NCBI GenBank assembly: GCA_913020725.1
Contig: CAJWCD010000090.1
Coordinates: 1-15,333 of the forward strand
DNA from: an uncultured Pseudomonadota bacterium
GTDB taxonomy: Bacteria; SAR324; NAC60-12
Direction of reading: 5' to 3'
DNA: 15,333 nucleotides
Position numbers and translations under genes: made by a program
In this document: piece by piece, positions 1-7,854 of the stretch
How positions within the stretch are numbered: position 1 is the stretch's first letter
Layout: the number at the start of each line of letters is the position of its first letter
The notes under the pieces: generated by a model
Told to the model about the DNA's origin: nothing
Database searches by the model: none
What the model saw: the letters and a program-made list of their open reading frames with translations, nothing else

Positions 1-44
1 CGCCCGGCGGCGAGTCCAAGAAGGTAAGTCCACTCACCGACTAA
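1..44 (+). CDS. Possible 3' end of an upstream gene (...PGGESKKVSPLTD*), product unknown
   Basis: Open frame from the window edge to TAA at 42-44 with mostly G/C-ending codons; too short to identify. Confidence 0.3.
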   Translation, partial: PGGESKKVSPLTD

Positions 45-145
45 ACGGTTGGAGAACAGACCTCGGAAGCACTGTGCCTCTTGCATCCTCGCTCCAGTTG
101 TGGAATACTCCTGCCGCATACCTCTTTCAAATCCCAAGTGGCCCG

Positions 146-337
146 ATGAGACACATCCACTGCAAGCTCCTGCTTGCGTTTGCCTTCCTGCTGTTCACTG
201 TTCCTGCCTTAGCCGCTGAAACCTGTGAGGTTAAGCCTGTTGAGGTTTCCAATACTGCAACACGCCATACCCTCGTGATTTGCAACACTAAATCTAAAGA
301 GAACCTAATGGGAATCCCTTCTCCTTTGTTTGCCTGA
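146..337 (+). CDS. Small hypothetical exported protein or gene fragment (63 aa)
   Basis: ATG at 146 gives MRHIHCKLLLAFAFLLFTVPALA-AET..., a Sec-type signal peptide (basic n-region, hydrophobic h-region, ALA cleavage site). It stops 9 nt before the cyclase ATG. Confidence 0.45.
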   Translation: MRHIHCKLLLAFAFLLFTVPALAAETCEVKPVEVSNTATRHTLVICNTKSKENLMGIPSPLFA

Positions 338-346
338 AAACATTTC

Positions 347-2173
347 ATGTCTGACTCCACTCCCCGCCGCAAGCTCGCCGCCATCCTCGTCGCCGACGTG
401 GTCGGCTTCAGCAAGAAAATGGGCGAGGACGAGAATCGCACCCTGCGCAACCTCAAGGCCTGCCGGGTGATCACCGACAGTGCGATTGAAAGTAACCACG
501 GGCGAGTTTTTGGCAGCGCGGGGGATTCCGTGATCGCGGAGTTCGCCAGCCCGGTGGACGCGATTGTGGCAGCAGTGGAGTTCCAAAAAAACCTACGGGA
601 CCGCAACGAAGTGGTTCCTTCAGAGGACCAGATGCTGTTCCGTGTGGGCCTCAACCTCGGTGACGTGATCGTGGAGGGCGACAATCTTTTCGGCGACGGG
701 GTGAACGTGGCGGCGCGGCTGGAACCGCTGGCGGAGGCGGGGAGCATCCTTGTCTCCGGGAAGTTCCACGAGGAGGTGCGCCGCAAGCTCGACCTAGGCT
801 TCGTGAGCAAGGGGGCGCAGGAGATGAAGAACATCGAGGAGCCGGTCCCGACCTTCAAGGTGCTGCTGGGGCACGAGGGGGAGCAGGAGGCGACCCCGGC
901 GTCCGCCGCCGCCCCTTCGCCTTCAGTCTCCGCCCCGGAACAGACTCCCGCCGCCGAGGCCAAGGTTCCCGCCATCGCGGTGCTTCCCTTCACGAACATG
1001 GGGGGCGACCCGGAGCAGGAGTACTTCGCGGACGGCATCACCGAGGACATCATCACCAACCTCTCGCTCTGGCGCATCTTCCCGGTGATCTCCAGAAACT
1101 CCAGCTTTGCGTTCCGGGGGCAGGGGCAGAACCTCAAGCAGGTCGCCAGTGAACTTGGCGCACGCTACATCGTGGAGGGCAGTGTGCGGAAAGGCGGAAA
1201 CCGCGTGCGCATCACGGCGCAGCTCATTGACGCGGATGAGGACCATCACCTCTGGTCGGAGAAGTGGGACCGCACGCTGGAGGACATCTTCGAGGTGCAG
1301 GACGAGGTTTCCGAGGCGATTGCGGCGCGTGTGGCTCCGGCCATTGCTGGAAAGGAGCAAAGCCGCATCAAGCGTAACCGACCCGACAATCTCAGCGCGT
1401 GGGAGAAGTACCAGCAGGGCTTGCGGTGTCTCCACGAGCGGCAACGCACGGATTATGAGGATTCCGGGTTGACAGAGGCCAAGTTGCATCTGGAAGCCGC
1501 AATTGCCGCAGATGATTCCTTGGCAGACGCTCATGCTCATCTGGCCCTGTGTGGTGTGGTGGAACTGGCCCAACGCCTGGCAAAGGACCGGGCGCAAACC
1601 ATGAGTCTCATGTTCGACCATGCCCGAAAAGCAATATCACTGGATGCCGAAAACACTACGGCCCTCAGCGTGCTTTCGGCTTACTACCTGTTCAACGGGG
1701 AAATACAGAACTGCTATGACTACGCGCAAAGGGCAGTGAAAAGCAACCCCAGCCACATTATGGGATACCAACGCCTGGGCATGGCTTTGAATAGAATGGA
1801 TCGCTTCGAGCAGGCCGAACCTGTCTTCCAAAAAACCCTCAAACTCAGTCCCGTTGACCCAGAGATTTGGGTTATTCATGTGGGATGCTTTCAGGCCTTC
1901 ATGGGACAGGCTCAGTACCAGAACGCCTTGGAAGCCTGCGACCGGGCGATTGCCTCCAACCCTAGAATGGGCAATCTTCACGGCTTTCGGGCGGCGGCCC
2001 TTGGGCATCTGGAAAGATTTGATGAGGCCCAAAAGGAGCTCGCGATCTATCTGGAAGCCCGTCCGAATCTGAAGACTCGCGAGGATTTCCGCAAACTCTT
2101 CTTCCGAACTTGGGTACTGACCGACATTCTTATCGAGGGGCTGATTAAGGCTGGCTGGGAACCTGAAGCATAA
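347..2173 (+). CDS. Class III adenylate/guanylate cyclase domain protein with TolB-like domain and C-terminal TPRs
   Basis: Cyclase motifs AILVADVVGFS, GDSVIAEF, FRVGLNLGDV and GDGVNVAARLE; Ala/Pro linker; TolB-like IAVLPFTNMGGDPEQEYFADGITEDII...YIVEGSVRKGGNRVRITAQLID; helical TPR-like repeats in the C-terminal half. Confidence 0.93.
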   Translation: MSDSTPRRKLAAILVADVVGFSKKMGEDENRTLRNLKACRVITDSAIESNHGRVFGSAGDSVIAEFASPVDAIVAAVEFQKNLRDRNEVVPSEDQMLFRVGLNLGDVIVEGDNLFGDGVNVAARLEPLAEAGSILVSGKFHEEVRRKLDLGFVSKGAQEMKNIEEPVPTFKVLLGHEGEQEATPASAAAPSPSVSAPEQTPAAEAKVPAIAVLPFTNMGGDPEQEYFADGITEDIITNLSLWRIFPVISRNSSFAFRGQGQNLKQVASELGARYIVEGSVRKGGNRVRITAQLIDADEDHHLWSEKWDRTLEDIFEVQDEVSEAIAARVAPAIAGKEQSRIKRNRPDNLSAWEKYQQGLRCLHERQRTDYEDSGLTEAKLHLEAAIAADDSLADAHAHLALCGVVELAQRLAKDRAQTMSLMFDHARKAISLDAENTTALSVLSAYYLFNGEIQNCYDYAQRAVKSNPSHIMGYQRLGMALNRMDRFEQAEPVFQKTLKLSPVDPEIWVIHVGCFQAFMGQAQYQNALEACDRAIASNPRMGNLHGFRAAALGHLERFDEAQKELAIYLEARPNLKTREDFRKLFFRTWVLTDILIEGLIKAGWEPEA

Positions 2174-2269
2174 CAGCCAATGAGTGGAGCAAGGGGGCCC
2201 CAGCCCCCCGGCACCCCCTGAAGCCGAAGCCTATTTGGTGATCCCGCCCCGGGAGAAAACCGCTGGGGA

Positions 2270-2474
2270 TCAAACCTTGGAGCCAGGGTTGACCAGAAGA
2301 CTAATGCGGGGGCTCTTCCCCGGACAGGACTCGTAATCCACCAGCCCTGCCTCCTTGAGCTGCTTGAGCCCCCTGAGCTTTTGGTCCGGCGAAATACCCA
2401 CTTCCCAAGCCTTTCATACGGGGATTTCACTTCCCACTTCGTTGGTGCGTGGCGGCGGCAGTAGCCCCACGCAC
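2270..2474 (-). pseudogene. Remnant of a small winged-helix DNA-binding protein gene (frameshifted, 5' truncated)
   Basis: Minus strand reads ...YERLGKW, then a frameshift near 2396-2399, then ISPDQKLRGLKQLKEAGLVDYESCPGKSPRISLLVNPGSKV* (stop 2270-2272). The K-x-R-x-L-x-x-L-x-E-A-G-L-V...G-K-S-P pattern is a wHTH recognition helix plus wing. Confidence 0.55.
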
Positions 2475-2478
2475 GGGG

Positions 2479-2544
2479 TTCCGTGGCACATCGCTCTCAA
2501 CCTTGATGGAGGGATTGGGGCTGTCGCATCCGATTGATGCCTGA
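2479..2544 (+). pseudogene. C-terminal remnant of the small gene that usually precedes this type of HNH gene
   Basis: Reads FRGTSLSTLMEGLGLSHPIDA*, with its TGA (2542-2544) overlapping the HNH start (ATGCCTGA). It resembles the 'RGTSLxxLMxxLG' tail I recall for small proteins upstream of such HNH genes. No convincing 5' part is present. Confidence 0.5.
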
Positions 2545-2964
2545 GTCCCGCATCTCCCCGGAAGTCCTGCAAAAAGTCGCAGATCAAGCCAAAGGGTGCT
2601 GCGAGTACTGCCGCAGTCAGGCACGTTTTGCCATGCAGGCGTTTTCGGTGGAACACATCCTCCCGCGTAGCCGGGGAGGGAATCCCACCTTGGACAATTT
2701 GGCGCTGGCGTGTCAAGGTTGCAACAATCACAAGTACACCAAAACGGACAGCAGGGCTCCTGTCGGTCGCCAAACCGTCCATCTCTTCCACCCCAGACAC
2801 CACCAGTGGTCGCAGCACTTCGTCTGGAATTCAGACTACAGGCTGATTCTTGGCCTGACTCCAACCGGAAGAGCCACGGTTGAAGTCTTGCGAATCGGGA
2901 GGGCTTGGTCAATTTGCGACGCCTGCTCTACACAATGGGGGAGCATCCTCCGGCCTTGTCTTAA
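2537..2964 (+). pseudogene. HNH endonuclease (McrA-like, Zn-binding), frameshifted near 2892
   Basis: CEYC...VEHILPRSRGG...NLALACQGCNNHK, LFHPR..QWSQHF.W, GLTPTGRATVEVL. The family-typical tail NREGLVNLRRLLYTMGEHPP continues in the -1 frame from 2893 to TAA 2962-2964, 7 nt before the pepN stop. Confidence 0.85.
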
Positions 2965-2971
2965 ATCACGA

Positions 2972-5683
2972 TCACCCCAGCGTCTTGCTGACCACCTCCA
3001 AAACATCCTTGGAGAGCCGGGGGGACTTCCGGATGCGTTCGAGTTCAGCGACCATGAGGGCTTGCCGCGTGTTGTCGTACTTCTTCCAGCGGTTGAAAGC
3101 GCCAACCAGCCGTGCCGCCACTTGTGGATTGAGCGCATCGAGGGCTAGCACCTGCTCGGCCAAAAACGCATATCCTGCTCCAGAAGCCTCGTGGAAGTGG
3201 ATCGGGTTTGAGCGCACAAACGCTCCGATCAGGGAGCGCGCCTTGTTCGGATTGGTGAGGTCGAAAGCCGGATGCTGAAGCAGCAACTTCACCCGCGCCA
3301 GCGTGTTTGGCAGGCTGGAGATGGCTTGCAAGCCAAACCACTTGGTGATGACCAGCGCATCATCCTGCCAGCGTTGATAGAACGCATCTAGCGCGGTTTC
3401 CCGCTGCGGACAAGCGAGGTTCACCAAGGTGCCGAGCGCACCCATCGTGTCGGTCATGTGCTTTGCCGACTGGAAATGCTGGAAAACGAAGGCACTTGTT
3501 TCCGGAGTTTCCAAGGCTCCCAAGTAGCGTAGGGCGCGGTTGTGCAAGGCACGCAGTCCGGCGTGATCGGCTCGGAACTGGTAGGGGCCGTCCACACGAC
3601 AGGCGCGGTACGCCTCGCGCAGTTCGGGTTCCAGCGTTTGCGCGATTTGCCGAATCAGCGAATTGCGGACCTCGTGAATGCCCTCCACGTCCACCACCGG
3701 CATTTCCTCGCCCAACGTCTTTTCATCCGGAAAGGTGATCGCCAGCGCAATCAGGGCTGGGTCGGATGATTCCACTTGTAGCAGCAGTGAGCGGACAGCT
3801 CCGTGCAGTTCGGGGGAAAGCTCCGGAGCCGTGCCTGCACGCCAGTCTGGAATTTGAGAAAGCACGGCGCGGGACATGAGTTGTTGTCCGGCACTCCAAC
3901 GGTTGAAGAGGTCCGGATCATGGGCCATCAGGTGTGCGAGATCGGTAGCGGAGTAGTCGCAGTACAAACGCACAGGCGCGGAAAATTCACGCAACAACGA
4001 GGGCACAGGCGGTTGTGCGATTCCAGTGAAGGTGAAGGTTTCGCTGGCCTTGCGCAGTTCCAAAACCTGTTCAGAAGTGTTCGTCTCATCGGTTCCCGCA
4101 AGTCGTAGCAGCAGCGGCTGGCCTTCGGAATCAAGCAGTCCCACGCGGATGGGTAGGTGATACGGTTGTTTCTGCACCGGAGCTTGCTCAGCGGTGCAAT
4201 TTCCGGAGCTTCCCGCCTGCTGCGTTTTTCCAAACCCACGCTGCCCCGGCGTGTCTGCGACCGCTTGCCGCATCGTCAATGTGTAGGTTTGCGCCTCTGC
4301 GTCATGCGTTCCGGAAACATGCAGTTCCGGAGTGCCCGCTTGCGAGTACCAATTGCGGAATTGCGTCAAATCGATCCCGCTGGAGTCTGACATTGCCGCT
4401 ACAAAATCATCGCAGGTGACGGCTTGTCCGTCATGCCGCTGGAAGTAGAGGTCCATGCCCTTGCGGAAATTGGCCTCGCCAAGCAGGGTGTGCATCATGC
4501 GGATCACCTCCGCGCCCTTTTCGTAAACCGTGGCAGTGTAGAAGTTGTTGATCGTGAGGAAGGCATCCGGACGCACCGGATGGGCCAGCGGTCCGGCGTC
4601 TTCCGGAAATTGCGCGAGCCGCAAAATTCGCACGTCGTCAATGCGCTTGAGCGGACGCGAGTTGCGATCGGCGCTGAATTCCTGATCGCGGAAAACCGTC
4701 AAGCCCTCCTTGAGGCTGAGTTGGAACCAGTCGCGGCAGGTGACGCGGTTGCCCGTCCAGTTGTGGAAGTATTCGTGCGCGATCACGCCTTGGATGACAG
4801 CGTGGTCGTCATCGGTCGCGCTTTCCGGATCGGCCAGCACGAGTTCCGTGTTGAAGAGATTGAGTCCCTTGTTTTCCATCGCTCCGGCATTGAAATCATT
4901 GACCGCGACGATCATGTAGGTGTCGAGGTCGTATTCTAACCCGAAGCGTTCTTCGTCCCAGCGCATCGCCTGCTTGAGGCTTGCCATCGCGTGATGCAGG
5001 CGGCTGACGTTTTCCGGTTCGGAGTAGAGGCGCAGGGTGATGTTGCGTCCGGAAGCGGTGGTGAACGCATCCTCCAGCACTCCAAGATTTCCTGCGACCA
5101 GCGCGAAGAGGTAGCTTGGTTTGGGAAAAGGGTCCTGCCATTGCGTCCAATGCCGTCCGTTGTCGGAGGTTCCGGAAGCAACGCAGTTGCCGTTGGAAAG
5201 CAGCACCGGGAATTTAGTCTGATCGGCCTCCAGCGTGACCGTGTAGCGGGCCATCACGTCCGGGCGGTCGAGGAACCATGTGATCTTGCGGAAGCCCTCT
5301 GCTTCGCACTGCGTGCAGAACATGCCGCTGGACTGGTACAACCCTTCCAGCGAGGTGTTGGCTTCCGGATGGATGCGCACCCGCGTTTTCAGTGTGAACG
5401 AGTCCGGAACCTCCGGAAGGGAAAGTTGTTCCGTGCTGAGTTCGTACTGCGCCGCAGCAAGTGGCACTCCGTCAAGTTCCACGGCAAGGGTTTCCAACTC
5501 CCGGCCTGCCAGCAGCAGTGGACTTGCTGAATCCTCGGCTGCTGGGTTGCGGCGGAAGCTGGTGGTGGTTTCAACAAGCGTGTGATCGGTGTGGAGCCGG
5601 AAGTGCAATTGAACCTGATCAATCCAGAAATCCGGAACACGGTAATCCTTGCGGAAGGTGAGGGTCTGGGTGTCGGTGCGCAT
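2972..5683 (-). CDS. pepN: Aminopeptidase N (M1 zinc metallopeptidase), 903 aa
   Basis: GAMENKGLN, HEYFHNWTGNRVTCRDWFQLSLKEG (HExxH-18-E), TQCEAEGFR, NNFYTATVYEKGAEVIRM and C-terminal NPQVAARL. Start moved to ATG 5683 (MRTDTQTLTFRKDY), which matches typical PepN N-termini. Confidence 0.97.
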   Translation of the reverse strand: MRTDTQTLTFRKDYRVPDFWIDQVQLHFRLHTDHTLVETTTSFRRNPAAEDSASPLLLAGRELETLAVELDGVPLAAAQYELSTEQLSLPEVPDSFTLKTRVRIHPEANTSLEGLYQSSGMFCTQCEAEGFRKITWFLDRPDVMARYTVTLEADQTKFPVLLSNGNCVASGTSDNGRHWTQWQDPFPKPSYLFALVAGNLGVLEDAFTTASGRNITLRLYSEPENVSRLHHAMASLKQAMRWDEERFGLEYDLDTYMIVAVNDFNAGAMENKGLNLFNTELVLADPESATDDDHAVIQGVIAHEYFHNWTGNRVTCRDWFQLSLKEGLTVFRDQEFSADRNSRPLKRIDDVRILRLAQFPEDAGPLAHPVRPDAFLTINNFYTATVYEKGAEVIRMMHTLLGEANFRKGMDLYFQRHDGQAVTCDDFVAAMSDSSGIDLTQFRNWYSQAGTPELHVSGTHDAEAQTYTLTMRQAVADTPGQRGFGKTQQAGSSGNCTAEQAPVQKQPYHLPIRVGLLDSEGQPLLLRLAGTDETNTSEQVLELRKASETFTFTGIAQPPVPSLLREFSAPVRLYCDYSATDLAHLMAHDPDLFNRWSAGQQLMSRAVLSQIPDWRAGTAPELSPELHGAVRSLLLQVESSDPALIALAITFPDEKTLGEEMPVVDVEGIHEVRNSLIRQIAQTLEPELREAYRACRVDGPYQFRADHAGLRALHNRALRYLGALETPETSAFVFQHFQSAKHMTDTMGALGTLVNLACPQRETALDAFYQRWQDDALVITKWFGLQAISSLPNTLARVKLLLQHPAFDLTNPNKARSLIGAFVRSNPIHFHEASGAGYAFLAEQVLALDALNPQVAARLVGAFNRWKKYDNTRQALMVAELERIRKSPRLSKDVLEVVSKTLG
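4173..4198. repeat. Palindromic stem-loop inside pepN (TGCACCG-GAG-CTTG-CTC-AG-CGGTGCA)
   Basis: 7-bp outer stem 4173-4179/4192-4198 and inner GAG/CTC stem with a CTTG loop. CCGGAGCTT is directly repeated at 4177-4185 and 4203-4211. Confidence 0.6.
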
Positions 5684-5779
5684 GGTTCGTGTTGAGTTTG
5701 AGCGGAATTGTGGTTGAGATGATGGGAGCAACCCAAAGTCTGTCAGGGTACTGGAAAAATCATCAGAGTGGAATTGAGA

Positions 5780-6952
5780 ATGTTGAACCAAGCCTTTGCT
5801 GGAACCGAGCAGTTTGCAGAAATCCGGGATGCGGTGCGTGGGTTGTGCGCGAAGTTTCCGGGGGCATACTGGCGCCAACTGGATCGCGAGCGTACTTATC
5901 CCGAAGAGTTTGTGCAGGCGCTCACGGATTCAGGGTTTCTGGCCGTGCTGATCCCAGAAGAATTCGGGGGCAGCGGTTTGGGCATCCAAGAAGCTGCTGC
6001 TATTCTTGAAGAGGTGCAGCGTGCCGCATGCAACAGCGCGGCGTGTCACGCGCAAATGTACATCATGGGCACACTGTTGCGGCACGGCTCCCCGGAGCAA
6101 AAATCCAAGTGGCTCCCGCAAATCGCATCCGGGACGTTGCGTTTGCAGGCCTTTGGCGTCACCGAACCCACCAGCGGAACGGACACCACCAACCTCCGGA
6201 CTTTCGCTAAGCGTGACGGGGACCGCTACCTTGTCAACGGCCAGAAGCTCTGGACCTCGCGGGTGGAGCATTCGGACCTCATGCTGCTGCTGGCCCGCAC
6301 GACTCCAAAGGAGGAGGTGACGAAACGCACAGCAGGCTTGTCGGTGCTGCTGGTGGACCTGCGTGAAGCCATAGGCAACGGGATCACAATCCAGCCCATC
6401 CGCACGATGATGAACCACGCGACCGCCGAGGTCTTTTTCGAGAACTTGGAGGTTCCGGCAGCAAACCTGATTGGGGAGGAGGGCAAGGGTTTCCGCTACA
6501 TTCTCGACGGCATGAACGCCGAGCGCATTTTGATCGCTGCCGAATGCGTGGGGGATGCTCGTTGGTTTCTCGAAAAATCCGTTGATTACGCCTCCCAGCG
6601 TGTGGTGTTCGACCGCCCGATCGGCCAAAATCAGGGGGTGCAGTTCCCGATTGCTCGCGCTTTTGCAGAGACCGAAGCTGCCGCGCTCATGGTGCGGGAA
6701 GCCGCCCAGCGTTTCGACTCCGGACAGCCGTGTGGCAAGGAGGCGAATCTGGCGAAACTGCTCGCTGCTGATGCCTCATGGAAAGCAGCAGAATCCTGTC
6801 TGCAAACGCACGGCGGTTTCGGGTTTGCGGAGGAATTCGACATCGAACGCAAATTCCGGGAAACACGGCTTTACCAAGTCGCTCCGATTTCCACCAACCT
6901 CATCCTCAGCTACCTCGCCGAGCATGTGCTGGGGTTGCCGCGCTCGTATTGA
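5780..6952 (+). CDS. Acyl-CoA dehydrogenase family protein
   Basis: IPEEFGGSGLG, GVTEPTSGTD, NGQKLWTS, LIGEEGKGF, GMNAERILIA, RVVFDRPIGQNQGVQF, QTHGGFGFAEEFDIERKFRE. YQVAPIS replaces the usual YEGT, so the catalytic Glu is probably the helix-G one (NAER). ATG 5780 preferred over GTG 5768. Confidence 0.95.
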   Translation: MLNQAFAGTEQFAEIRDAVRGLCAKFPGAYWRQLDRERTYPEEFVQALTDSGFLAVLIPEEFGGSGLGIQEAAAILEEVQRAACNSAACHAQMYIMGTLLRHGSPEQKSKWLPQIASGTLRLQAFGVTEPTSGTDTTNLRTFAKRDGDRYLVNGQKLWTSRVEHSDLMLLLARTTPKEEVTKRTAGLSVLLVDLREAIGNGITIQPIRTMMNHATAEVFFENLEVPAANLIGEEGKGFRYILDGMNAERILIAAECVGDARWFLEKSVDYASQRVVFDRPIGQNQGVQFPIARAFAETEAAALMVREAAQRFDSGQPCGKEANLAKLLAADASWKAAESCLQTHGGFGFAEEFDIERKFRETRLYQVAPISTNLILSYLAEHVLGLPRSY

Positions 6953-6987
6953 CACAAATCACGAAAAAACACCACAGCACCACCTCC

Positions 6988-7854
6988 ATGAATAGCATCG
7001 CAACTTCCTCAGAACTTGACCTCGCGCACCTTCAGCAGTGGATTGGCAACACGGAAACTGCAGAGGATTGGGTCTCGCCCACTGCGGTGGAGGGGTTCCA
7101 GCACACCTTGGATTACGACGAAACGGAGCTGCTTCACGCCCCTCCCGGATTTCACTGGACGCTGGGGATTGCCAAGCCGAAAATCTCTGAAGTGGGCCGG
7201 GACGGACACGCTGCGCTCGGAGGGTTTTTGCCGCCGATGTCCGGACTCAACCGCATGTGGGCGGGCAGCGTCCTTGCCTTTAAGCAACCGCTGGCGGTGG
7301 GGCAAGCTGTGGAACGGAACTCCACGGTCAGCAACGTGGAGCTTAAATCTGGACGTTCCGGGCCTCTCGTTTTTGTCACAGTCCAACACCGCTACGATCA
7401 AGCCGGGGCAACGTGTTTTGAGGAAGAGCAAAAGCTGGTGTTCCGCACACCTCCGGACCCCGGCAAGCCTGTCCGCGAACCGGACCCGGCTCCCACGAAT
7501 CCGGAAGTGCAACGCGAAATCACCCCCAATCCGGTGATGCTTTTCCGTTACTCCGCGCTCACCTTCAACGGCCATCGCATTCATTATGATGTGGACTACT
7601 GTCGCGACGTGGAGGGCTATCCCGGACTGGTGGTGCATGGGCCGCTGCAGGCGACGTTGTTGATGGACTTGGCGGTGAGGATGAAGCCGAACGCCCGCTT
7701 CCGGAGGTTCAAGTTCCGGGCACTGAATCCGGTGTTTTGCACCGGGCCGTTTTTGGTGTGCGGTCGTGAGGCCGACCGTCACTTGCAACTCTGGGTAGCG
7801 CATCCGCAGGGCACCTTGGCGATGCAAGGCACTCTTGACTACGAGGACAAATGA
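6988..7854 (+). CDS. Double-hotdog MaoC-like (R)-specific hydratase (itaconyl-CoA / mesaconyl-C4-CoA hydratase, HTD2-like family)
   Basis: GRDGH...GGFLPP, RMWAG, KSGRSGPLVFVTV and LFRYSALTFNGHRIHYD...EGYPGLVVHGPLQA. ATG 6988 avoids overlap with the ACAD gene; ATGA overlap with the SDR. Confidence 0.9.
   Translation: MNSIATSSELDLAHLQQWIGNTETAEDWVSPTAVEGFQHTLDYDETELLHAPPGFHWTLGIAKPKISEVGRDGHAALGGFLPPMSGLNRMWAGSVLAFKQPLAVGQAVERNSTVSNVELKSGRSGPLVFVTVQHRYDQAGATCFEEEQKLVFRTPPDPGKPVREPDPAPTNPEVQREITPNPVMLFRYSALTFNGHRIHYDVDYCRDVEGYPGLVVHGPLQATLLMDLAVRMKPNARFRRFKFRALNPVFCTGPFLVCGREADRHLQLWVAHPQGTLAMQGTLDYEDK

Noticed and set aside
880..965. Low-complexity GC-rich stretch as a possible repeat element
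   Set aside because: Encodes an ordinary Ala/Pro/Ser/Glu interdomain linker with no regular repeat unit.
127..1137. 336-aa minus-strand ORF, and similar long antisense ORFs (923-1621, 5930-6628, 7009-7866, 10042-10842, 13333-14190)
   Set aside because: Antisense shadows of well-supported high-GC genes; no recognisable motifs.
347..2964. Cyclase + HNH as a Pycsar/CBASS-like signalling defence operon
   Set aside because: They are about 360 nt apart with an opposite-strand remnant between them, the HNH has no nucleotide-sensing domain (no SAVED, CARF or cNMP-binding) and has its own coupled partner, and cyclase-TolB-TPR is a common stand-alone architecture.
2534..3148. HNH ORF as a 204-aa intact protein
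   Set aside because: The last part is frameshift read-through overlapping pepN by 177 nt; the family-like C-terminus is in another frame ending at 2964.
5684..5878. 65-aa N-terminal extension of PepN in the ORF track
   Set aside because: It overlaps the divergent ACAD gene and does not resemble PepN; ATG 5683 gives a normal N-terminus.
6778..6987. N-terminal extension of the hydratase ORF
   Set aside because: Overlaps the ACAD 3' end out of frame; ATG 6988 fits the family length.
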